From an uncultured Bacteroidales bacterium (GTDB lineage: Bacteria > Bacteroidota > Bacteroidia > Bacteroidales > FEN-979), in the NCBI GenBank assembly GCA_903913885.1, contig CAIWMX010000011.1, positions 13,512 through 77,511 on the forward strand: a stretch of DNA of 64,000 bases, in the 5' to 3' direction. Below the pieces are notes generated by a model. That model saw nothing but the letters and a program-made list of their open reading frames with translations, did no database searches and was not told the DNA's origin. A program made the position numbers and the translations under genes. Shown here piece after piece: positions 43,876 through 52,020 of the stretch. How positions within the stretch are numbered: the stretch's first letter is position 1; every line of letters begins with the position of its first letter.

Positions 43876-45156
43876 ATGTCGAAGGAGGTAGCAAAAGAAC
43901 GCAGCATGATCATCCAGAAAGAGATGATGACCCGGCTTTTCAGGGACCTTGGCAACGCCCGGGAGACCGGTAAAAAGGTGGTCTATACTTTCGTTCCCGG
44001 CAACATCTCCGAGCTGATCCTCTCCTTCGACATGCTCCCGGTCTACCCCGAGATCAACGCCCTGCAGTCGGGCATGCGCAAGAAGTCGGGCGGCTACATC
44101 CGCGACGCCGAACAGCATGGCCATTCAGAAGATGTTTGCACCTATGTGAAGTGCGACGTAGGCATGATGCTAAACGGGAACATCGGCCCTACCGGCGAGA
44201 AGATTCCCAGTCCCGACCTGCTGCTGCTGAGCTATACCGGCTGTTTCACCTTCCTGAAATGGTTCGAGACCCTCGAGCGCCTCTATCCCGGCGTGCCGGT
44301 GGCCCTGCTGCACACGCCCTACCAGGAAGCCCACAAGATCACCCCCGAAATGACTGCCTACATGGTCAAGCAGTTGAAGGAGGAGGTGATTCCGAAAATG
44401 GAGAAGGTGTCTGGCAACAAATACGATGAAGAGAAACTGAAAGCCATCCTGCGCAACTCCTCGCAGGTGGAGGATTACATCGTGAAGATCTTCGATACCA
44501 CCAAGCACCGCCCCTCGCCCATCGACGCCTATTTCGCGGGGGTATACTACATCGGCCCCATCAACAGCGGGTTCAGGGGCACACCCGAAGCGGTGGATTA
44601 CTATGCTGAACTCTATAAGGAAATTCTTACGCGTATCGACAAAAAACTTGGCCCCATCACCCCCGAAGGCGAGATGGAAGAGGAGCGGTTCCGCCTCGTG
44701 GTCGAAGGCCCCCCCAACTGGACCCATTTCCGTGAATTCTGGAAATTATTTTATGACATGGGCGCCGTGATCGTTGCCTCCTCCTACACCAAAGTGGGTG
44801 GGGTATACGATATGGGTTTCCGCGTCAACCCCGATAAACCCCTTGAAAGCCTGGCAGAATACTGCATGAATTGCTACACCAACCTCAACCTGGAACAGCG
44901 GGTTGAGTTGTTGTCGAAATGCATTACCGACTACCATGCCGACGGGTTCCTTGTTAATTCAATCAAGAGTTGTAACTCATTCTCTGCCGGGCAATTGATG
45001 ATCATGCAGCAACTGGAGCGCAAACTGGAGATCCCGGTCGGGTTCATTGAATCCGACCTGGTGGATCCCCGGTATTTCTCGTACTCGAATATCAAAAACC
45101 GTCTTGAATCATTCTTCCAGATGCTGGAGCAACGGAAGATGATCGTGACACGCTAG
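43876..45156 (+). CDS. bcrB: benzoyl-CoA reductase subunit B-like
   Basis: 426 aa, same superfamily (..VCTYVKCDVG..LLSYTGCFTFLKW..). Size and position fit the beta subunit. Confidence 0.75.
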   Translation: MSKEVAKERSMIIQKEMMTRLFRDLGNARETGKKVVYTFVPGNISELILSFDMLPVYPEINALQSGMRKKSGGYIRDAEQHGHSEDVCTYVKCDVGMMLNGNIGPTGEKIPSPDLLLLSYTGCFTFLKWFETLERLYPGVPVALLHTPYQEAHKITPEMTAYMVKQLKEEVIPKMEKVSGNKYDEEKLKAILRNSSQVEDYIVKIFDTTKHRPSPIDAYFAGVYYIGPINSGFRGTPEAVDYYAELYKEILTRIDKKLGPITPEGEMEEERFRLVVEGPPNWTHFREFWKLFYDMGAVIVASSYTKVGGVYDMGFRVNPDKPLESLAEYCMNCYTNLNLEQRVELLSKCITDYHADGFLVNSIKSCNSFSAGQLMIMQQLERKLEIPVGFIESDLVDPRYFSYSNIKNRLESFFQMLEQRKMIVTR

Positions 45157-45227
45157 GGAAACTGCTGATGAGCTATTGTCCTCCCCTGTAAACGGGGCAG
45201 GAATGGTATAATTTAACGGATACGTAA

Positions 45228-46604
45228 ATGAAGAAATATTTCCTGGGAATCGATCTTGGATCCACTACCTCCAAAGCCATTATTATTGATGACAACGACC
45301 GGATTATCGGACGCGGGATCACCAATACGCGGGCGAATTATACCGTTGCCACCGAGATCGCGCGGCTCGAAGCCATTTACAATGCGCGATTTTCCCTGCT
45401 GAAGATGAAGCTGGAAGATGAGATCGAACGAAGGCCCGAATACAAAAGATACATCAGGGATATCGAATCGGTTTTCAGGTACATCCAGTTCAAGCGCAGG
45501 CTCGACCGGCTGAACATCCAGTTCCGCGACACGATCGACGGGACTTTCGGCGGGGAGATGAAGGAGAATATAACCCAATATGTTGCCCGGATCGTGAAGG
45601 AGATCGGCCCTGCCATCCTCGATGAATACCTCAACGGCAACCTGGGCCAGAAAAACCAGTTCTTCCGCGACATCGTGAGCGAAAAATACAACCATGAGGT
45701 GAACGGACTGGCGAAAGCCTACTTTGAACCCATGATGCTGGTGTACGACAAAAGCATATCCCACGTGGAGAATGAACTCACCGAATATGATTTCGGGGAG
45801 CTGATTTACCAGTCGATGGAGTTGCTGAACGATAAATATTCGGGGATGGCGGATGTGGCTGAAGAGGAAGCCGGGATCGGGTTCGACACTGAGCTCAACC
45901 TGCTGAAAGGCAACTACAAGCAGATTTATGATTCGCTGAAGGGGCACATCAGTTTCATCGCCAACCTCGACATCCACATCACCAACATGGTGGGCACGGG
46001 TTACGGGCGGGCGTTGCTGCCTTTCCCCGAAAAATCGATCCGGTCGGAGATCCTCTGCCACGCGTTCGGCGCCCATGCCGTGTTCCCTGGAACGCGCACC
46101 GTGCTCGACATCGGCGGACAGGATACGAAGGCCATCCAGGTCGACAGCCACGGGCTGGTGACCAGTTTCTACATGAACGACCGTTGCGCCGCGGGTTGCG
46201 GGCGTTACCTCGGCTATATCGCCGACGAGTTCAACATCTCCCTCAACGAGCTTGGCCCGCTGGCCATTGAAGCCACCAGCGAGGTGAACATCTGTTCCAC
46301 CTGCACCGTTTTTGCCGCGGCCGAGATCAGGGAACTACTCAATGTTGGCCAAAAACGTTCCGACATCCTGGCCGGTCTTCACCGTGCCATCGTGATGCGG
46401 GCCATGTCGCTGCTGGCGCGTTCGGGCGGTGTGCGCAACGAATTCACCTTCACCGGCGGGGTTGCCCGCAACCAGGCCGTGCTGAAGTATGTTTCCGACC
46501 TGGTCCTAAAAAATTACGGCAGCGAAATCAAAATCAACGTCCATACCGATTCGATCTTCATGGGCGCCCTTGGCGGTGCCATGTTCGCCCGAAGAACCAA
46601 CTAA
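45228..46604 (+). CDS. bcrA: benzoyl-CoA reductase subunit A-like (long ATPase subunit)
   Basis: 458 aa. BadF/BadG/BcrA/BcrD-type ATPase (GIDLGSTTSKAIIID ... DIGGQDTKAI ... NDRCAAGCGRYL ... FTGGVARN) with an insertion of about 190 aa after the first phosphate loop, as in the BcrA/BadF long subunits. Confidence 0.78.
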   Translation: MKKYFLGIDLGSTTSKAIIIDDNDRIIGRGITNTRANYTVATEIARLEAIYNARFSLLKMKLEDEIERRPEYKRYIRDIESVFRYIQFKRRLDRLNIQFRDTIDGTFGGEMKENITQYVARIVKEIGPAILDEYLNGNLGQKNQFFRDIVSEKYNHEVNGLAKAYFEPMMLVYDKSISHVENELTEYDFGELIYQSMELLNDKYSGMADVAEEEAGIGFDTELNLLKGNYKQIYDSLKGHISFIANLDIHITNMVGTGYGRALLPFPEKSIRSEILCHAFGAHAVFPGTRTVLDIGGQDTKAIQVDSHGLVTSFYMNDRCAAGCGRYLGYIADEFNISLNELGPLAIEATSEVNICSTCTVFAAAEIRELLNVGQKRSDILAGLHRAIVMRAMSLLARSGGVRNEFTFTGGVARNQAVLKYVSDLVLKNYGSEIKINVHTDSIFMGALGGAMFARRTN

Positions 46605-46616
46605 TATGAAAAAAAT

Positions 46617-46668
46617 CACCCTGTCACCTTGTTACCTTGTTACCTTGTCACCTTGTCACCTTGTCACC
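46617..46668. repeat. 8-nt tandem repeat YACCTTGT, about 6 copies, in the bcrA-bcrD spacer
   Basis: caccctgt caccttgt taccttgt taccttgt caccttgt caccttgt cacc. It ends 16 nt before the bcrD ATG. Confidence 0.92.
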
Positions 46669-46683
46669 ATTTAATAAACCATC

Positions 46684-47517
46684 ATGACAGCTAAACCAAC
46701 CTTCACCCTCGGCGTCGACGTAGGAAGCAGCATCATCAAGGCGGTGCTGATGTCCTATTCGGACACCCCGGTCATCCTTGATAAGGAGTCGGAAAAGATC
46801 CGGAAAAGGAACCCCGAGATGGTCGCCGACCAGCTGATCGATCACCTGCTTGAGAAAAACAACCTCACTTACCAGGATATCACCTACCTGGCATCGACCG
46901 GCGAAGGAGAGATGCTTCAGCGCAAGCGCGGCCACTTCTACAGCATGACCACCCACGCCCGGGGCGGCGTATTCCTGAACCCCGGCGCCCTCACCGTGGT
47001 CGACATGGGCGCCCTGTATGTAAGAGCCATCAGGATCAATGAAGAAGGCAGGGTGCTCGATTACAAAATGACGGGACAGTGCGCTTCCGGGTCGGGCCAG
47101 TTTATCGAGAACATTTCGCGTTACCTGGGACTTTCAATCGAAGATGTCGGGGAGACCTCCCTGAAATCGTTCACCCCGGAAACCCCGTCGGGCATCTGTT
47201 CCGTACTCGCAGAAACCGATGTGATCAACATGGTTTCACGTGGAATTTCCACCCCGGATATCATCAAGGGGATCCACCTCTCGATCGCCAATAAGATCGT
47301 GAAACTGCTCTCCTCGCTCAAGGCGACTTCGCCGGTTGCCCTCACGGGAGGGATGGCCATGAACATCGGGATGATCCAGGCGGTGGAGGAGTTGGTGGCC
47401 GAGAGCAAGCTCAACCTGGAGATCAGGGCCAACGGCGATTCGATCTATGCCGGGGCCATCGGGGCGGCGATATGGGGAGGATTCAGGGATGTAAAACTTT
47501 CAACCGTAAAAAATTAA
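46684..47517 (+). CDS. bcrD: benzoyl-CoA reductase subunit D-like (short ATPase subunit)
   Basis: 277 aa, same ATPase family (GVDVGSSIIKAVLM ... DMGALYVRAI ... TGQCASGSGQF ... LTGGMAMN). Together with the preceding gene it gives the heterodimeric ATPase module typical of class I BCR. Confidence 0.78.
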   Translation: MTAKPTFTLGVDVGSSIIKAVLMSYSDTPVILDKESEKIRKRNPEMVADQLIDHLLEKNNLTYQDITYLASTGEGEMLQRKRGHFYSMTTHARGGVFLNPGALTVVDMGALYVRAIRINEEGRVLDYKMTGQCASGSGQFIENISRYLGLSIEDVGETSLKSFTPETPSGICSVLAETDVINMVSRGISTPDIIKGIHLSIANKIVKLLSSLKATSPVALTGGMAMNIGMIQAVEELVAESKLNLEIRANGDSIYAGAIGAAIWGGFRDVKLSTVKN

Positions 47518-47665
47518 CCTCACCCCCTGCACCCCCTCCCCTGGAGGGGGATGGGGGACAATAAATAACCTCACCCCCTGCACCCCCTCCCCTGGAGGGG
47601 GATGGGGGACAATAAATAACCTCACCCCCTGCACCCCCTCCCCTCCAGGGGAGGGGGACGGGGTA
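47516..47665 (+). repeat. 51-bp tandem repeat x2.9, each unit carrying a CCTCACCCCC box and a GC hairpin
   Basis: Unit aacctcaccccctgcaccccctcccctggagggggatgggggacaataaat at 47516, 47567 and 47618 (the third is diverged). Hairpin CCCCCTCC-CCT-GGAGGGGG. Fills the bcrD/acyl-CoA-synthetase spacer. Confidence 0.92.
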
Positions 47666-47680
47666 CCAAAGTGATAAGCA

Positions 47681-49762
47681 ATGAACAATAGTCTCGACGC
47701 GTTATTCAAACCCAGGTCGGTTGCCCTGATCGGCGCTTCCCAGAAAGAGTTGTCGATCGGGAATGTGATCATTAAAAACCTGCTGCACTACCGGTTCAAT
47801 GGCCCGGTATACCCCATCAACCCGAAAGTTGAGGAGATCCGCGGACTGAAGTCCTATCCCTCCATCCTGGAGGTGCCCGGAGAGGTGGACCTTGCGCACA
47901 TCGTGATCCCGCCGCCCCTGGTACCCGAAGAGGTGGAAAACTGCGGAAAAAAGGGGGTGAAGGCCATCATCATCAACACGGCCGGTTTCAAGGAGATGGG
48001 CGACGAAGGCCAGGCGCTCGAGGATGACTTCCTAGCCAGGGCGCGGAAATACGGTATCCGCGTCGTGGGCCCCAACTGCCAGGGAATCATTAACTCCGAC
48101 CCGGCGATCAACGCTTACTGCAACTTCACCTTCACCTATCCTGAACCCGGACATATTTCGGTGGTCGCCCAGAGCGGCGGCGTGGGTGCCGTGATCATGC
48201 AGGCATTTTACGACATGGGTATCGGCCAGCGCATGTATGCCTCCAACGGTAACGGGTCGGATGTTTCCATTACCGAATTCATCAGCTATTACGGGGACGA
48301 TGATGAAACCCGTGCCATCGTGTTATATGCCGAAAGTCTGGAAAACCCCAAGGAGTTTATTGCTGCAGCCCGGAAAGTCACGGCCCGGAAACCCATCCTG
48401 GCCATCACGGCCGGCCGCACCGAGAAGGGCGCCGAAGCCTCGCGATCGCATATCGGGGGCATAGCCGGCAGCATCTCCATGGACCTCATATACCAGAAGG
48501 CCGGCATCCTCACCTTCACCAGCCAGGAAGACCTTTGTCATGCCGCGGTGGCCCTCTCCACCCAGCCGATCCCCAAAGGCAACCGGGTGGGTATCATTAC
48601 CAACACCGGCGGTCCTTCGGTGATCGCCATTGATGAATTGGATAGTTGCGGGCTGGTGATCCCGCCCCTTTCAAAAAAAGCAGAAAAAATCCTGAAAACC
48701 ACCATGCTTGCTTCGGCATCGGTCAGGAACCCGCTGGATGTGGTTGCCACGGCCGGCCCTGCCCACTTTAAAAGCGCGCTCGAAGTGATGATGAAAGAAC
48801 CGCTGTTCGACAGCATCTATATCAACTTTGTTACCCCGCCCTTTGTCGACTGCGAAAATGTGGCACGCGAAATTGCGGCGGCGGCAAAAGCCGGCAACAA
48901 GCCGATTGTGTGCAATTACATGACGGATAAACAAAAATGGGGTGCCACTTCTAAGATACTGAAGGATGGAGAAGTCCCCTGTTTTGATTTCGCGGAAACC
49001 GCAGCCCGGGCACTTCATTCCCTGGTAAGGTACAACAACATCAGAACGGCAAAAAGGGGAAGCATTAAAAAGTTCACCGGTGTAAGCCGCAATGCAGCCG
49101 GTAAAATCCTCCGCAATGCACGGGAAGAGGGAAGAGACGTGCTAACAGCATCAGAAGTTTACACCATCCTGGAGATTTACGGTATCCCGGTTGCCCCGTG
49201 GAAAATTGCCGGAGATGCGAACGGCGCTGTTGACGCGGCAAACGCGATCGGCTATCCCGTGGTGATCAAGGCGGATGCAGAGGCAATCATCCACAAAAGC
49301 GACGTGGGTGGGGTGGCCGTGAATATTAAAGATGCCACGGAAGCAGCCATGGCGGTAGAAACGATGAAAAAGAAACTGGGTGCGGAAATTAACTTCTTTG
49401 TACAAAAATTTCTTCCAAAAGGAAAAGAACTGTTTATAGGTGCCGTGGCCTCGTCTGGCGTCGGCCACATCATCGGGTTCGGCCTCGGCGGAATCTTCGT
49501 GGAAGTGCTGAAGGATGTGGTATACTGCATCACGCCCGTCAGCGATACCGAAGCCGCCGGCATGATCGGTTCCGTAAAGGCAGCAGCCCTGATCAACGGG
49601 TTCAGGGGCGAACCGGGGATCAACCGGGAAAAAACAGCGGAGATCATCCGGCGGATATCGATGCTGGTAACGGATTTCCCCGCGATCAGGGAACTTGATC
49701 TCAATCCGTTGTTTGCAATTGGCGATGAAATTTGCGTGGTGGATGCCAGGATCATTGTTTAA
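47681..49762 (+). CDS. ADP-forming acyl-CoA synthetase (fused alpha/beta; acetate--CoA ligase [ADP-forming] family)
   Basis: 693 aa. N-terminal CoA-binding/succinyl-CoA-synthetase-like part (FKPRSVALIGAS..GPVYPINPK..VPGEVDLA), a central ligase-CoA domain, and a C-terminal ATP-grasp (..YGIPVAPW..GYPVVIKA..). Confidence 0.85.
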   Translation: MNNSLDALFKPRSVALIGASQKELSIGNVIIKNLLHYRFNGPVYPINPKVEEIRGLKSYPSILEVPGEVDLAHIVIPPPLVPEEVENCGKKGVKAIIINTAGFKEMGDEGQALEDDFLARARKYGIRVVGPNCQGIINSDPAINAYCNFTFTYPEPGHISVVAQSGGVGAVIMQAFYDMGIGQRMYASNGNGSDVSITEFISYYGDDDETRAIVLYAESLENPKEFIAAARKVTARKPILAITAGRTEKGAEASRSHIGGIAGSISMDLIYQKAGILTFTSQEDLCHAAVALSTQPIPKGNRVGIITNTGGPSVIAIDELDSCGLVIPPLSKKAEKILKTTMLASASVRNPLDVVATAGPAHFKSALEVMMKEPLFDSIYINFVTPPFVDCENVAREIAAAAKAGNKPIVCNYMTDKQKWGATSKILKDGEVPCFDFAETAARALHSLVRYNNIRTAKRGSIKKFTGVSRNAAGKILRNAREEGRDVLTASEVYTILEIYGIPVAPWKIAGDANGAVDAANAIGYPVVIKADAEAIIHKSDVGGVAVNIKDATEAAMAVETMKKKLGAEINFFVQKFLPKGKELFIGAVASSGVGHIIGFGLGGIFVEVLKDVVYCITPVSDTEAAGMIGSVKAAALINGFRGEPGINREKTAEIIRRISMLVTDFPAIRELDLNPLFAIGDEICVVDARIIV

Positions 49763-49803
49763 CCCCTATTGGAAATATTGACCTAAAACCTATATTCAAA
49801 ACC

Positions 49804-50763
49804 ATGGAAGAGAAGAATTACAAAATCGGGATCATCGGCCTCGGGCCGATCGGTCAGACGCTTGCCGTGCATTTCAAACAAGCCGGGTGCGAGGTTGCCA
49901 TCACCGACCTGAACAGGGAGAAACTGAGCCTCATCAGGGAGGAAGGGATTGAGATCGTGAATCACCTTGAAAAGAAGTCATTCTTCAAACATGTCTATTT
50001 TTCGGTGGAGGAGATGCTGGAGCATGATTTTGACATTCTCATTTCTGCGGTCAAGGATTATCATGTGGATAAAATCGTCAAGGTGCTGAAGGACAACCTT
50101 ACCAAGGATGTCTTTCTCCTCAGCGCGCAGAACGGCATCGATATCCGGAAAAAATACCTCAGCCATTTCCCGAACTCAGCCATCCTCCGCATGGTGATCA
50201 ACTTTGCCGGAAACCTGCAGGCCCCGAACGTCACGGGAATAAATTTCTTCAACCCGCCTAACTATATCGGTTCCATGGACGATTCGCAGGAAGAGCTGGC
50301 AAAGTGGATCGCCGCCACCCTCACGGGCGTGGGCATGAAAACCGAGCAGGCCAACTCCTTCACCATCATCGACAAGATCTGGGAAAAGACGATCCTGAAC
50401 GCGGCGCTAAGCCCCCTTTGCGCGATATCGCGGCTCACCATGAAGGAGGCCATGGAAAATGCCGACACCCTGGAGATCATCGAACAGATCCTGTATGAAG
50501 CAGTGCAGGTAGCCAATGCCGAGGAGATCAAGCTGCCCGACAACTTCATCAAGCTGGCCATCCGCTATCTCAACAATGCCGGAAACCACATGCCCTCCCT
50601 GGCGGTCGACCTGATCAACAAGCGCGAGACGGAGATCGACTACATGAATGGAAAAATCGTCGATTACGGGAGAAAACATTATATCAAGACCCCGATCAAC
50701 CTCGTGCTGACCAATCTTGTGAATGCCATTTCATGCAAAAACGGCGTGGGAAAGTGCAAATAA
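49804..50763 (+). CDS. 2-dehydropantoate 2-reductase (ApbA/PanE) family oxidoreductase, substrate unknown
   Basis: The start is moved to MEEKNYKIGIIGLGPIGQ (ATG at 49804). The WEKTILNAALSPLCA and HMPSLAVDLINKRETEIDYMNGKIV blocks match the KPR family pattern (KxxxN...S..D...gR.TEid..nG). Confidence 0.78.
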   Translation: MEEKNYKIGIIGLGPIGQTLAVHFKQAGCEVAITDLNREKLSLIREEGIEIVNHLEKKSFFKHVYFSVEEMLEHDFDILISAVKDYHVDKIVKVLKDNLTKDVFLLSAQNGIDIRKKYLSHFPNSAILRMVINFAGNLQAPNVTGINFFNPPNYIGSMDDSQEELAKWIAATLTGVGMKTEQANSFTIIDKIWEKTILNAALSPLCAISRLTMKEAMENADTLEIIEQILYEAVQVANAEEIKLPDNFIKLAIRYLNNAGNHMPSLAVDLINKRETEIDYMNGKIVDYGRKHYIKTPINLVLTNLVNAISCKNGVGKCK

Positions 50764-50798
50764 CGTACCGGAGAATTATTAACCTTTAACTGACAATT

Positions 50799-51851
50799 AT
50801 GAATGAACCTATGTACTCCTGGCAGATGACGGCCCAGGATGCTGATTTTCAGCTTGTCGAAAGCCCGCTTCCCGAAGTCGGGCCACACGAGGCGCTGGTA
50901 AAAATCGCCGGGTGCGGCGTGTGCCATACCGACCTGAGTTTCTGGCATTACGGGGTGAAAACCAAGAAGGAACTCCCCCTGACCCTGGGCCACGAGATAA
51001 GCGGCACGGTGGTGGCCGGTCCGGAAGAATGGCTCGGTAAAAACGTGATCATCCCGGCCGTACTCCCCTGCGGCGAATGCGAATTGTGTAAAAAAGGCCG
51101 GAGCAACATGTGCCAGAAACAACTGATGCCGGGCAATGATTTTGACGGCGGGTTTGCCTCCCACATCAGGGTTCCTGTGCAATTTCTCTGCAATGTGCCT
51201 GACCAGTTGCTGGAAAAGTATCCCCTTGAAAAATTATCTGTGATCGCCGATGCCATCTCCACCCCATACCAGGTGATCATGAAATCGGAACTCGAAGCCG
51301 GCGATTTCGCCATCGTGATCGGGGTTGGCGGCGTGGGAATCTATGCCGCCCTGATCGCACGGATCATGGGAGCTAAGGTGCTGGCCCTGGACCTCGACGA
51401 CGAAAAGCTGGCAACCGCCAAAAATAACGGCATCGACGCGGTGCTGAACATCAGGGGCCTCGATCTCAAAACCATAAAGGAACAGGTGAGGGAGATTGCC
51501 AAGGGGCTGGGCGTTTCGCGTTACGGCTGGAAAATCTTTGAAGTGTCGGGAACAAAACCCGGGCAGGAGCTTGGATTCAACCTGATCACCTTCACCTCCA
51601 CCCTCTCCATCGTCGGGTTTACCCTCGACCGCACCGAAGTGAGGCTGAGCAACCTGATGGCCTTCGATGCCAAGCTGATCGGCACGTGGGGCTGCAAGCC
51701 GGAACTATACCCCGAAGTGGTCGACCTGATTGCCTCCGGTAAACTGAAGATCGATGATTTCGTGGAGACCTTCCCGCTTTCGTCGATCAACGAGGTTTTC
51801 CGGAATACGTTGAACCATGTTTACAAGAAAAGATCGGTGCTGGTGCCGTGA
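50799..51851 (+). CDS. had: Zn-dependent MDR alcohol dehydrogenase; 6-hydroxycyclohex-1-ene-1-carbonyl-CoA dehydrogenase-like
   Basis: 350 aa. GCGVCHTDL and GHEISG Zn motifs and a GVGGVG NAD motif. Placement next to oah and dch homologs. The R. palustris alternative, BadH, would be a short-chain SDR, which this is not. Confidence 0.68.
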   Translation: MNEPMYSWQMTAQDADFQLVESPLPEVGPHEALVKIAGCGVCHTDLSFWHYGVKTKKELPLTLGHEISGTVVAGPEEWLGKNVIIPAVLPCGECELCKKGRSNMCQKQLMPGNDFDGGFASHIRVPVQFLCNVPDQLLEKYPLEKLSVIADAISTPYQVIMKSELEAGDFAIVIGVGGVGIYAALIARIMGAKVLALDLDDEKLATAKNNGIDAVLNIRGLDLKTIKEQVREIAKGLGVSRYGWKIFEVSGTKPGQELGFNLITFTSTLSIVGFTLDRTEVRLSNLMAFDAKLIGTWGCKPELYPEVVDLIASGKLKIDDFVETFPLSSINEVFRNTLNHVYKKRSVLVP

Positions 51852-51976
51852 CCTCACCCATGGCCCCCGAAACACCTCACCCCCCGGCCCCCAGTGGTTG
51901 AAATACCTCACCCCCCGGCCCCCAGTGGTTGAAATACCTCACCCCCCGGCCCCCTCTCCTCGAAGGAGAGGGGGAG
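51851..51976 (+). repeat. 31-bp tandem repeat (ACCTCACCCCCCGGCCCCCAGTGGTTGAAAT) x2 plus partial copies, ending in the hairpin CCCCCTCTCC-TCGAA-GGAGAGGGGG
   Basis: Units at 51874 and 51905, a degenerate unit at 51851, and a last unit running into the 10-bp perfect-stem hairpin at 51950-51974. Located in the had/oah spacer. Confidence 0.92.
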
Positions 51977-52020
51977 GGCGAAGATATAAACTGAATGTTT
52001 AAAAATTAAAATAAAATGTC

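Noticed and set aside
45213-46151. 312-aa antisense ORF inside bcrA. Similar long antisense or off-frame ORFs occur at 473..1531(+), 24427..25797(+), 36934..38004(-), 56179..57324(-), 60801..61580(-) and 61953..62780(-).
   Set aside because: Each lies entirely within a strongly supported gene on the other strand or frame. The sequences are Arg/Gly/His-rich and low in complexity, typical of shadow ORFs in GC-rich coding DNA, and none has a recognisable motif.
42627-47517. Interpreting the first four operon genes as a 2-hydroxyacyl-CoA dehydratase (HgdAB/FldBC) with its activator
   Set aside because: Dehydratase systems use one short homodimeric activase. Here there are two different ATPase subunits, one with the long BcrA/BadF-type insertion, in bcrCBAD order and followed by dch, had and oah homologs. 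The BCR reading fits better, but it still needs phylogenetic confirmation.
47516-47665. Three regularly spaced 51-bp repeats that could be mistaken for a mini CRISPR array
   Set aside because: The units abut each other with no unique spacers, the third copy is degenerate, there are no cas genes in the window, and the units are related to repeats in three other spacers of the same operon.
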